Below, one piece after another: positions 1-11,374 of a stretch of DNA of 63,837 bases. Positions within the stretch are counted from its first letter, which is position 1; each line of letters starts with the position of its first letter. Where the stretch lies: positions 5,084,001 to 5,147,837 of the forward strand of contig CM075989.1 of NCBI GenBank assembly GCA_038087875.1, in the 5' to 3' direction. A program made the position numbers and the translations under genes. Below the pieces are notes generated by a model. That model saw only the letters and a list, made by a program, of their open reading frames with translations. It did not search any database and was not told the DNA's origin. The stretch is from Malacoraja senta. Taxonomy: Eukaryota.

Positions 1-1459
1 GGACATCACCAGTTGCTGGGTGTCTTCTCTGGTGATGCTCTGCCAGGCCTGTATTGCAGCCATATTTAGCTTATGCTTGTTTTGGGGGCTAGTCCCCTTC
101 AGTTTTCTCTTCAGCATATAAAAGGCATGCTCAATTGGGTTCAGATCGGGTGATTGACTTGGCCACTCAAGAATTGACCATTTTTGGCATTGAAAAACTC
201 CATTGCTGCTTTCCCCTCCCCTTACCAGCTCTCCCGCAGCCCACTGTCTCCGCCTCTTCCTTTCTTCTTCCCGCCCCCGTCCCCCACCCCCACATCAGTC
301 TGAAGAATGGCCTCGACCCGAAACGTCACCTATTCCTTCGCTCCATAGATGCTGCCTCACCCGCTGAATTTCTCCAGCATTTTTGTCTACCTTTGTTGCT
401 TTAGCAGTATGTGTGGGATCATTGTCTTGTTGTAGAGAGAACTGCCGGCCAATGAATTTTGAGGCATTTGTTTGAACAGATTGGAAGTAGCTACACACTT
501 CAGAATTCATTATGCTACTGCCATCAGCAGTTGTATCATCAATGAAGATAAGTGGGCCAAGTTCCTTCAGTAGTCATACATGCCCAGGCCATAACACCCC
601 CGCCACCGCGTTTTACAGATGAGATGGTATGCTTTGGATCCTCGGCAGTTGCTTCGCTCCTCCACAAGACCTTTTTTCCAGAACTGTGGTTGCACTTTTA
701 AGTGCTTCTTGGCAAACTGTAACCTGGCCATCCTATTTTAGCAGCTAACCAGTGGTTTGCATCTTGCCTATGTGTTTCTGTTCCTGAAGTCTGCGGACTG
801 TGGTCATTGACAAGTCCACACCTGGCTCCTGAAGAATGTTTCTGATCTGTCAGACAGGTGTTTGGGTATTTTTCTTTTTAAATAGAGAGAATTCTTCTGT
901 CATCAGCTGTGGAGGTCTTCCTTGGCCTGCCAGTCCCTTTGCGATTAGTAAGCTCACCAGTGCTCTCTTTCTTCTTAATGATGTTCCAAACAGTTGATTT
1001 TGGTAAGCCTAAGGTTTGGCTGATATCTGATTGGCTGATAAACAGTTTTATTCTTGATTCTCAGTCTCATAATGGTTTCTTTGACTTTCATTGGCACAAC
1101 TTTGGTCCTCATGTTGATAAACAGCAATAAAAGTTTCCAAAGGTGATGGAAAGACTGGGGGAAAGACTAGGTGTTGAGAGCTCTTATACATGCATGAAGG
1201 AGACAATTAAACACACCTGAGCAATTACAAACACCTGTGAAACCATGTCCCAAACATTATGGTGCCCTGTAATGGGGGGACTATGTATAAACACAGCTAT
1301 AATTTCCACATGGTGAAACCAAAATGTATAAAAATGGCCTTCAATAAATGTGCAATTTAACCACATGTGATTTTTTTCTATTACAAATCTCAAATTGTGG
1401 AGTACAGAGGCAAATAAATAAACTATGGGTCTTTGTCCCAAACATTATGGAGGGCACAG
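1..1459 (-). mobile_element. Tc1/mariner IR/DR transposon, copy A (cut by window edge, degenerate)
   Basis: Transposase remnants (QQDNDPTHTAKAT); TIR ends ...CATTATGGAGGGCACAG|TA; colinear with the 5240-6866 copy. Confidence 0.93.
213..389 (+). mobile_element. Penelope terminal-repeat fragment inserted in Tc1 copy A
   Basis: Absent from Tc1 copies B and C; imperfect 13-bp duplication at 200-212/390-402; hammerhead-like core at 300-327. Confidence 0.8.
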
Positions 1460-1619
1460 TAGACGAGTGAATTTTGACATCAACATCCACATTTTACAAA
1501 ATAAGTAGTCAACCTGCTTAGATCAACTTTTTTTTTAAAGAAACAAGAGATTGGGGAAGTGGAGAAAGCCCCACCTCTTATTCCCTGTACCTGAAGTAAC
1601 AATTATAAGTGGGCTCTGA

Positions 1620-2195
1620 CTAGTCCTCAGAAGACTGAGGAAATTCAGCATGTCTCCAATGACGCTTACAAACCTCGACAGATGCGCCATAGAAAGCATA
1701 TTGCCGGCTTGCATCACAGTGTGGTTTGGGAACAGCTCTGCCCAAGACCGCAAGAAATTGCAGATGGTTGTGAATGTAGCCCAGTTCATCACACACACCA
1801 GACTTCCCACCATTGACTCCATCTACATTTTGTGCTGCCTTGGAAAAGCACCCAACATAATCAAAGACATCCCACTCGTCAATTCTTCTCCTCCCTGCTC
1901 CTGTCAGGCAGAAGATACAGAAGTTTTAAAGTGCACACCAGACTCAGGAACCTTTGTTATCAGGCTTTTAAACGGTCCTTCCATAATCTAGGGTACTGCC
2001 CGATTTACCTCTGACCTACAGTGGACATTGCACTGGATGGACTTGAAGTGAACTCTGTATCTTTCCCTTTGCTCTACTACTGTACTTGAGTTTGACTTGG
2101 TTGTATTTGTGTGTAGTGTTATCTGATCTGATTGCATAGCATGCGAAACTAAACTTTCCACTATACTTTAATATACATGACAATAATAAACCTAA
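1620..2195 (+). mobile_element. Rex1/Babar-like LINE 3' fragment
   Basis: ORF 1650-1991 RCAIESILPACITVWFGN is a typical Rex1 ORF C-terminus; ends in GACAATAATAAACCTAAACC tail. Confidence 0.8.
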
Positions 2196-2349
2196 ACCAT
2201 CCTCCTGGATATCAAATAGAAGGTTTGTGCGAGCAAGAATCTTAAGATGTCCTTGCATCAATTTCTACCCAGGGATAACAAGAATGCTTTAATTACCTTT
2301 CTTACCACAATGGGCAGGATGGAGGCATGCTTACAAACTGGAATTGAGC

Positions 2350-3047
2350 CATGTGTAACATGTGTGGAAAGGGTGGCGGATTTCCGCTTCTTGGGAATCC
2401 ACATTGAGGAGGACCTGACTTGGAGCGTGAACACCTCTGCGCTGCTGAAAAAGGTCCAGCAGAGACTGTACTTCCTGAGGGTGCTCAGGAAGAACAACAT
2501 CACCCAGAGACTGCTGCTATCCTTTTATCGATGCTCAATTGAGAGCATCTTAACATACTGTGTATGCGTGTGGTACACCAGCTGCACAGCGGCTAAGAGG
2601 AAAGCGCTCCAGAGGGCAATTGACAACGCCCAGAAGATTATCGGCTGCCCTCTCCTCACCTTGAAGGACCTACACAGTTCCCACTGTCTCAAAAAATCCA
2701 AGAAGATCATAAAGGACATTTTCCACTCCCTGTTTGTACTGCTGCTGTCAGGCAGACGGTACAGATCAATGAGGACAAGGACAAACAGACTCAAAAACAG
2801 TTTTTATCCCACAGCAATAAATACACTTAATGTAGCCACCAAATGAGTACAGGTGTGCTACACACCAAAGGGACTGGGAAATCGACAGAAGAATGTGTTT
2901 TTTTTTTCATGTTATTTATTTTAGTTGTTTATCTTAGACTTTTGCTCTAAGAAAATGTGTGCACTGACTGGTTGGCATTTCTAATTTCGTTGTACATGTT
3001 TACATGTTATAATGACAATAAAGTATTCATTCATTCATTCATTCATA
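2350..3047 (+). mobile_element. Rex1/Babar-like LINE 3' fragment with (ATTC)n tail
   Basis: ORF 2247-2846 (FRFLGIHI...KKVQQRLYFLR...RYRSMRTRTNRLKNSFYP); AATAAA followed by ATTC repeats. Confidence 0.88.
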
Positions 3048-3150
3048 ACATTTGGTTAAATTCATTGGAACAATACATAGGTAAACACCATTGTTATAGC
3101 CATTAGTATGGGTATAGCCATTGATCCACAAAACAATGGTGAATTGAACT

Positions 3151-3241
3151 GAAGAAGGGTTTCGGCCCGAAATGTTGCCTATTTCCTTCGCTCCATAGAT
3201 GCTGCTGCACCCGCTGAGTTTCTCCAGCATTTTTGTGTACC
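3151..3241 (+). mobile_element. Solo Penelope pLTR/hammerhead unit with 13-bp TSD
   Basis: GGTGAATTGAACT at 3138-3150 and 3242-3254; the unit starts at the CTGAAGA core. Confidence 0.88.
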
Positions 3242-4188
3242 GGTGAATTGAACTCCATCTGTTGGGCAAGGATGACTAATCTGTGAAAGCAATGCCTTTG
3301 AGGTTTCCATCACAAAGTGCTATCACATGTGTGTGGAAATGTGTTGGAGCTACACAATGTCAAGTTCTGGGAGTCACAAAAATGCTTCAGGGCACAATAG
3401 TGTTGTAATCCAAGTAGTTTAGCAAATGCTCCACTGAGACATAGATAGGGTAGACAGTCAGAACTTTTTTCCCCAGGGTGGGGATACCCAACACTAAAGG
3501 CAAAGCTATAAGGTGGGGTGTGGGGGTGGGGGGTTAGTTTAATGGAGATGTGTGGGACAAGGTCCTTTTTAATCACAGAGATTAGTGGGGGCCAGGAACA
3601 CATTGGGATGGTGGTGGAAGCAGATAAGGTGGTGGTATTTAAGAGGCTTTTAGATGGAAGTGCAGTGAATAGAGGGATATTGATCATGTACAAGCAGATG
3701 ATATCAATACTGTTCTAGGTTCTAAGCGAAAATTACGGTTTACAATATATATATTGGGATGTAATGTACTGTGACCAACTGCACTGACCCTCAGGTACCT
3801 TGAGGGAGCCCACAGTACACAAATGCCTTTGAGGGATGTTGATGCAATGTGTGGGTTTTAAGTCGGCAATTACCAAGGAAAAGAGGGGGCAAACTCTGCT
3901 AGCTGTCAACATAGGATCCTACCACAATAGCAACATGAAATTCCGATGAAAGGTCTCGACCAGAAACGCCACCCATTCCTTCTCTCCAGAGATGCTACCC
4001 GACCCACTAAGTTACTCCAGCACTTTGTGTCTATCTTCACATGACACTGACCAACTGCAATGGCCCATCTTTTACAGTGTTACAATCCTTTTTACACAAT
4101 TAATTTAAAAACAAATTTAATTGGCGGAAGTAAACGGAAATCGAAGTGCAAGAACTGCGACAAATAAAACCAGAATCCATGAACTTAC

Positions 4189-4258
4189 ATTGTGAAGATA
4201 GTGCATACAGCTTTCTTGCTCGTAATATTCTTTCAGCGTGCCATAGCCATGGAATTTC
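4189..4258 (-). CDS. ABHD2: ABHD2 coding exon 7 (70 nt; KFHGYGTLKEYYEQESCMHYLHN)
   Basis: Hand translation; ttcAG|G acceptor, AAT|GTAAGT donor (phase 0). No downstream exon found in 1-4188, so the gene continues off the left edge. Confidence 0.95.
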
Positions 4259-4672
4259 CTGAAACAGACATATTATTGGAGAACCAAACTAAACCAAAAT
4301 TGAGATAAACAGAAAAAACATGTCTGGTAATTCATTTTCACACATCACATTTTTCACGTTAGTCAAAATACACATTCAAGTAGAATAGTTTCATGTGAAA
4401 CACGTAATGTATAAAATTGCCTTGTCAAAAGATTGGCATCCTCCCATATAATCACAACCCATGTATTTACTGGAATAGGGTGAACTGATAGAATGTAAAT
4501 TCTCAACGTTTTAAAATGTAATGCACAAAAGATTTATACTTCCAAAATTCACAATTATCTGGCCGACAAGGTAGGATATGAGCACCACAGTTTAAATAAG
4601 CTTCAGTTTAAGCAAGGTGGCAGATGGGATGTCAGCCAGAAGAACAAAGGAATGGTCAAGTTCATAGTAGAT

Positions 4673-4936
4673 GGGTGGCACGGTGGCACAGCGGTAGGGT
4701 TGCTGCCTTACAGCACCAGACTCGGGTTCAATACTGACCACAGGTGCTGCCTGTACTGAGTTTGAACGTTCTCCCCGTGACCTGATTGGGTTTTCTCAGA
4801 GATCTTCAGTTTCCTCCCACACTCCAAAGACGTACAGGTTTGGAGGCTAATTGGCTTGGCATAAATATAAATTGTCCATCGTGTGTGTGGGATAGAGTTA
4901 ATTTGAGGGGATCGCTGGTCAGTGTATCTAAACTAA
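4673..4936 (+). mobile_element. HE1/V-SINE-like tRNA-derived SINE
   Basis: A-box GGTGGCACAGCGG, B-box GGGTTCAAT, core GGTTTCCTCCCAC-like segment, CTAAA tail. Confidence 0.85.
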
Positions 4937-5239
4937 GCGAAAAATGGGATTTTCAGGAGATGGGATGTTATAAAAGTCCAACATTTTCTGAAAGCTTCCA
5001 CTGATTGCAGGACCTTTACGGATGGAGCATCTGGTAAAAAATATATCAGGACTGAGGAACAAAAGGAGACATCAAGATTGCAGATGCTGTTTTCTGGAGT
5101 AAAAAAATAAGCTGGACGAACTCAGTGGGTCAGACAAGGCCCACAGAGGGAAATGGGCAGTTGGGTTGGGACACTTCACCTGGGCTGAAAGGGCAGAGGG
5201 GAGAGAACCAGTATAGAGGCAAAGAGCTGGCAAGTAATA

Positions 5240-6866
5240 CAGTGCCCCCTCCATAATGTTTGGGACAAAGACCCATCATTTATTTATTTGCCTTTGTACT
5301 CCACAATTTGAGATTTGTAATAGAAAAAATCACATGTGGTAAAAGTGCACATTGTCAGATTTTAATAAAGACAATTTTCATAAATTTTGGTTTCACCCAT
5401 GTAGAAATTGCAGCAGTGTTTATACATAGTCGCCCCCCATTTCAGGGCACCATAATGTTTGGAACACAGCATTGTCATGTAAATGAAAGTAGTTATGTTT
5501 AGTATTTGTTGCATATCCTTTGAATACTTGAAGTCTGCGATTCATGGCCATCACGCTGGGTGTCTTCTCTGATGATGCTCTGCCAGGCCTGTATTGCAGC
5601 CATCTTTAACTTATGCTTATCTTGAGGGCTAGTCCCCTTCAGTTTTCTCTTCAGCATATAAAAGGCATGCTCAATAGAGTTCAGATCGGGTGATTGATTT
5701 GGCCACTCAAGAATTGACCATTTTTTAGATTTGAAAAACTCCTTTGTTGCTTTAGCAGTATGTTTGGGATCATTGTCTTGCTGTAGAATGAATCGCCGGC
5801 CAATGAGTTTTGAGGCATTTGTTTGAACTTGAGCAGATAGAATGTGTCTATGCACTTCAGAATTCATTATGCTACTACCATCAGCATTTGTATCATCAAT
5901 GAAGATAAGTGAGTCAGCACCTTCAGCAGCCAAACATGCCTAGGCCACCACCATGTTTCACAGATGAGATGGTATGCTTTGGATCTTGGGCAGTTCCTTC
6001 TCTCCTCCATACTTTGCTCTTGCCATCACTCTGATATAAGTTAATCTTCATCTCATCTGTCCACAAGACCTTTTTCCAGAACGATGGTTGCTCTTTTAAG
6101 TACTTATTGGCAAACTGTAACCCGGCCATCCTATTTTTTGCAGCTAATCAGTGGTTTGCATCTTGCCTCTGTATTTCTGTTCATGAAGTCTTCTGTGGAC
6201 AGTGGTCATTGACAAATCCACACCTGACTCCTGAAGAGTGTTTCTGATCTGTCGGACAAGTGTTTGGGGATTTCTCTTTATTATGGAGAGAATTCTTCTG
6301 TCATCAGCTGCGGAGGTCTTCCTTGGCCTGCCAGTCCCTTTGCAATTGGTAAGCTCACCAGTGCTCTCTTTCTTCTTAACGATGTTCCAAACAGCTGATT
6401 TTGGTAAACCTAAGTTTTGGCTGATGTCTCTAACAGATTTATTCTTGTTTCTCAGACTCATAATGGTTTCTTTGACTTTCATTGGCACAACATATTGGCC
6501 CGCATGTTGATAAACAGCAATAAAAGTTTCCAAAGGTGATGGAAAGACAGGAGGAAAGACTAGGTGCTGAGAGCTCTCTTATACCTGCATTAAGGAGGCA
6601 ATTAAACACACCTGAGCAATTACAAACGCCTGTGAAGCCATGTGTCCCAAACATTATGGTGCCCTGAAATGGGAGGATTATGTATAAACACAGCTGTAAT
6701 TTCTACATGGTGAAACCAAAATGTATAAAAATACCCTTTAATAAAATCTGACTGTGCACTTTGACCACATGTGTTTTTTTTTTAATATCACAAATCTCAA
6801 ATTGTGGAGTACAGTGGCAAATAAATAAATGATGGGTCTTTGACTCAAACATTATGGAGGGCACTG
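5240..6866 (-). mobile_element. Near full-length Tc1 (DD34E) transposon, copy B, ~225-bp IR/DR TIRs, TA TSD
   Basis: TA|CAGTGCCCCCTCCATAATGTTTGGGAC ... CAAACATTATGGAGGGCACTG|TA; inner direct repeat CAGGGCACCATAATGTTTGG in each TIR. Confidence 0.96.
5499..6506 (-). pseudogene. Frameshifted Tc1 transposase
   Basis: Three ORF pieces: HTH with GRPRK (6144-6533), WTDE (5923-6129), QQDNDPKH...SPDLNSIE with 34 residues between D and E (5499-5933). Confidence 0.93.
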
Positions 6867-7024
6867 TAGGTGAATCCAGGTGAGGGGGGGGGGGGGTTGG
6901 CAGATAGACAGATGTGGGGAGAGTAATGGGTGGAAATAGCAGAGCCTGGAAGCTGAAAACAAAAGATGAATGGTTGCAGCCGATAGAATCTGATAGGAAA
7001 GGAAGGTGAAGAATAAAACCAAAT

Positions 7025-7140
7025 GGGCACAGGGGCGCAGCTGGTAGAGCTGCTGCCTCAAAGCGCCATAAACCCAGGTTCGATCCTGACCTTGGGTGCT
7101 CTCTGTGTGGAGTTTGCATTCTTCCTGTGACCGCATGTGT
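7025..7140 (+). mobile_element. 5' part of HE1-like SINE, truncated by the GC-rich element
   Basis: GGCGCAGCTGGTAGAGCTGCTGCC...CAGGTTCGATCCTGACC. Confidence 0.75.
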
Positions 7141-7880
7141 CTTTTAGTCTTTTTAGACTTTTTTATGTGGGGGGGGGGGGGAGAACTGTTTTTTTCCAGT
7201 GGCTACCTGGTCGAGGATGCGTCTATTCTCCGAGGCGCATCTTTGCCCCCTCCTCGCGGCCTACCATCTGGATTAGCGTAGCCTTTCCTGCCGGAGACCG
7301 GCCAGAGCTTCAGCTTCAGCAGCGGCGCAGCACTGAAGTATCATCGCTGAGCGGACGATGCCATACCGGGGTCGCCGTGTTGGAAGCTCCGGAGTGCTGG
7401 GACTGCCGACTTTAACATCGTGGAGCTGTGGTCTGCAGAGCTTCCAGCCTCGGCAGCGCTGACTGGAATCTCTAGCCGAGGTCGCCAGTGTTGGAGCTCC
7501 GCCCAGCTCGGCCTGTGGACTTCGGAACCGCGGTCTCAGTAGGAAGCGGCCGATTTGGAACTCCAAGCCGCTGAGAGTGTTCTTCCGATGCCGGAGTTCC
7601 ATCATCCGGCGAGAGGGCCTGAAACATCAGGCCGCCGTTGCAGCGACCGTGGAGGCCTCAATAGGTCCCGACCATGGGTGAACAAAGAGGAAGAGGACTG
7701 GACTTTGTTGCCTTCCCTCAGTGGGAAACGTTGATTCCGCTGTGGGGGTGTTTTTATGTGTTTATGTTTAATGTTAAATTCTATAGTGTTGTATTTATAT
7801 TTTTTGTGTGCTGCATGGTAACTCAAATTTCACTGCACCAATTGGTGTATGTGACAATAAATGTCCGTTGTCCTTTTGTT
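7141..7880 (+). mobile_element. GC/CpG-rich non-autonomous retroposon with LINE-like 3' tail
   Basis: CpG-rich body with repeated GGAGCT motifs; tail AATTTCACTGCACC...GTGACAATAAA resembles the Rex1 tails in this window. Confidence 0.6.
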
Positions 7881-8359
7881 TGTAAATTCAATCAAAATAA
7901 TGGAGGGTAGGATGGGCGACACGGGAGAAGGTGGGGGAGGAGAGAGGGGCTTTCAACGGAGCACCAGATTGCCTTGTCTGTGCTTGGTTTTACAAATGTT
8001 GTGAAGGCCATGTTGAGAGAACCTAATAAAATAGAAAAGGTTGTAAACAGTGCACTTGAATCACTGCCTCGCCATGATGGGTTGCTTAGGTCCTTGAATA
8101 GAGGGGAATGAAACTGAACCGTGCTGTAACCTGGGGACGACTGCATTGTGTTTTTGGTGTCAGTTTTCCCACGGAAGTTCTTGGGAACTTTATCATTTAT
8201 CTGAATACGCACCAACAAGCATGCAACAATGTGGCACTCCCTCAATATTTTGCTGGAGTGTCAATTCCGATTAAAAGTCTGAATGTCTGTAGACTGTATA
8301 GTACAACCCTTGAATAGGCAAGACTGCTTGCAGAACCACTAAAACAGATCACCACTTAC

Positions 8360-8473
8360 CTCATGATGTTATCATCAATATGCATCAGTGAGGTTGCTGT
8401 GTAAAGTTTGCTAAGATCCACATCTACCAGAGCATTAGGCGATTTGCACCCATTCTCTCCAAACAATATTTTC
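8360..8473 (-). CDS. ABHD2: ABHD2 coding exon 6 (114 nt; KILFGENGCKSPNALVDVDLSKLYTATSLMHIDDNIMR)
   Basis: Hand translation; tgcAG|G acceptor, AG|GTAAGT donor; DLSxLYTATSLMxIDDN motif of ABHD2. Confidence 0.95.
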
Positions 8474-9324
8474 CTGCAATAAAATGTTAACACGAGGAAC
8501 AAAATATTAATTTCACATTAATATTTACAGACAACATTTGGAAAAGTCTAACATTAGGAAAAACAGATAAAGGCAAAACATTGTTTGAATGCGATAAGTT
8601 CTGATGTACCTGTACCAACAACAAGTACATCTAATTACAGGTCTGTAATATCATTATCTACCTCAAATCAATTGCTGTAGAAATCTTCATCCTTGCCTCT
8701 GATACCTAAAGAAATTACTTTTCCAATGTTATCAAGTCCATTTCCATTCCATTCTACTTTTCACAATCACAAAGTAATAAGACATTAAAAATACTGCCCA
8801 TCAAGTCTTAAGTCTCTCTAGGTTCCATTCAATCATCAACCTACACATATACTGGCTACCAAGCAAGCAATTCTATGTAAAATTCATGCCCATTTTTAGA
8901 TAATCCAGTCTTTTAGATAATTTTTAGATAATCCAGTCGATCCCAACCCATCAGCCCAATAACCTTCAATAAGCTCACGAAACTGTGACCTCTTGATCTT
9001 CTCCAAAATTTCATCCTACCACTCCCGACCTTTACCTGCCAAAGCCCGAAACAACAAACTACCTTCCTAAATAATTCTGTTTTTTGACTTCTCTTCCTAC
9101 TTTTATGATGCGCTTTAGTACCATCTCTCTGGTCAAGTTTTTCGGCTTTTCCCAGGTATATCATTATGTACCTTAATGCTCCTGCTTAATAATGTCATGA
9201 AGTCCCTGGGAATGTTTTGCAATGTTTGAAGGCCAATTGATGAGTAAATCTAGCAGAGTACATCCATAATGCTAATTCAGATATTGTTGTCATTGGGAGC
9301 TTGAATCCAGCATAATGGGAAGGT

Positions 9325-9515
9325 AGAGAAAAATGCTGGAGAAACTCAGCGGGTGAGGCAGCATCTATGGAGCGAAGGAAATAGGCAACGTTTCGGGCCC
9401 GAAACGTTGCCTATTTCCTTCGCTCCATAGATGCTGCATCACTCGCTGCGTTTCTCCAGCATTTTTGTCTACCTTCAATTTTCCAGCATCTGCAGTTCCT
9501 TCTTAAACATAAACT
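9325..9515. mobile_element. Palindromic (foldback) Penelope pLTR unit with 10-bp TSD
   Basis: Inverted arms centred on CAACGTTTCGGGCCCGAAACGTTG; ATGGGAAGGT at 9315-9324 and 9516-9525. Confidence 0.88.
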
Positions 9516-9771
9516 ATGGGAAGGTCATTTACCATCTTTGCTTTCTGTATGATTAGCTGGGCTCTTTCTTGCTACCTATGCTGGTCCTTCAAAGGTTTCC
9601 ATTCTATGTAGGTCTATTCATAAGTAAGCAGCCACATCTGCACTTAAGCCTTCTTTTTATCGTAGACAGCAGTAAAAAGTTATGCTGACCATCACTGATT
9701 TAAAACACGTGAACAAAATCTCATTCTGGGTCAGCTAGGCCAAATTTAGTGGCATACGAACCTCAAATTAT

Positions 9772-10145
9772 GGACGGCATACTGGCTGGCTGGTGGAGCT
9801 GCTGCCTCACAGCACCAGAGGCCTGGGTTCAATCCTGACCTAGGGGGTGCAGTCTGTGTAGAGTTTGCAAGTTTCCCGAAGACTAATGGGTATGGAGTGC
9901 CGGTTTCCGGTTTCCTCCCACATTCTAAAGACGTGCAGGTTTGTGGGTTAATTGGGTTTGGTAACATTGTAAATGGTCCATATTGTGTGGGATAGTGCTG
10001 GTGTACGGGGTGATCACTGGCCGACGTGGACTCGGTGGGCCGAAGGGATTCTTGCCGTGCTGTATCCAGACTGTAAATTGTCCCTTGCGTGTTGGAAATT
10101 AATGCGGTGAGTTAAAGGACCTGTTTCCACACTATCTTTTAATCA
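9772..10145 (+). mobile_element. HE1-like SINE
   Basis: B-box GGGTTCAATCC, conserved core, GGACTCGGTGGGCCGAAGG 3' part. Confidence 0.82.
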
Positions 10146-10602
10146 ATCAATAATGGCTGCTCGATGATCAATAACTGCCCACAGCCATGATGTTACTGAG
10201 CTGAGAGGAGAGTTAGCAGTTCCATACTTTACGAGCACTCCTTTTTCATAAGAAATGGTTTTGAAAAGTGGCAGCGATGCAAGACTTCTTTACAAACTGA
10301 ACCTCTGTTGGTTGGATTTTTTTTTTAAGCATAGTGACAGCACATTAATACAAGTAATACTGTAACTCAAGAATAATTTGCCTTTCACATTATCATGAAC
10401 TAATCGACTAATTGACACAAAAGTATTTTGTCATATGCACTGATATGGAACAATGAAATTCTTACTTGCTGCAGCACAACAGCAATGGATGCTAATAAGG
10501 TCATAAAATTATTGGCAGCACCAAAGTAAACTTGGCTAGTGATCAGGAAAATGAAAGTAATGGTTTTAGCAAATCCAGCTAGCTTACTTTGATGTTACTA
10601 TT

Positions 10603-10910
10603 GGGCAGCATGGTGGTGCAGCGAAAGAGTTGCTGCCTTGCAGCGCCAGAGACCCAGGTTCGATCCTGACTACTGGTGCATGTCTGTATGGAGTTTGTAC
10701 ATTCTCCCCATGACATGCGTGGGTTTTCTGCGAGATCTTCGGTTTCCTCCCACACTCCAAAGACAAACAGGTTTGCAGGCTAATCAACATGGTATAATTA
10801 TAAATTGTCCCTACTGAGTGTAGGATAGTGTTAGTGCTCAGGGATCACTGGTTGGCGGGACTCGGTGGGCCAAAGGGGTTGTTTCCGCATTGTATCTCTA
10901 AAGTAAACTA
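10603..10910 (+). mobile_element. HE1-like SINE, full length
   Basis: GGTGGTGCAGCG A-box, GGTTCGATCC B-box, TGTATCTCTAAAGTAAAC tail. Confidence 0.87.
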
Positions 10911-11281
10911 TTAATTGGGCATTATATCACTATTGAGAATCCGAGCTCCAAGATGGCAGTGAGCACAACGTCAGAATACCTTACAATAAAGTATTTCCAA
11001 ACACATGCTCTTAGGCTGCACATAAACTCTGTTTAATCAATTACAAACAAGTGCAAAGTAGGACTAGGGTGGGGGGGGGGGGAAATGAAAGTGTGGTCTT
11101 ATGCAAGTTAGACCTGTTATGAGCACATAATTATGCAATGACAGGTTAGGCATTGTCTGTTGTGACTCTGCAATAAGTTCATAGGTTTTGTTAACCAAGG
11201 ATCACCTAATTTACTCGCAACAACTTTTACAGAGTACACAAGAATCACAATACGCAAATGATCAACCAAAGTAAAGGTCAC

Positions 11282-11374
11282 CTGTGAAATAAAATAATCT
11301 TTTTCATGTTGTCTGCCATTAGGAAGTTGTAAAACCTCCGACACTGGTCCCATTGGAGGAAAGTTTCCTGTGCC
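11282..11374 (-). CDS. ABHD2: ABHD2 coding exon 5 (93 nt; AQETFLQWDQCRRFYNFLMADNMKKIILFHR)
   Basis: Hand translation; cttAG|G acceptor, AG|GTGACC donor; in phase with both neighbours. Confidence 0.96.

Noticed and set aside
1..4188. Remaining ABHD2 exons with catalytic Asp and His
   Set aside because: No matching translation found; the region is mostly TE, so these exons are presumed outside the window.
4673..4745. tRNA genes at SINE heads
   Set aside because: A/B boxes continue into the SINE core and tail; no complete cloverleaf.
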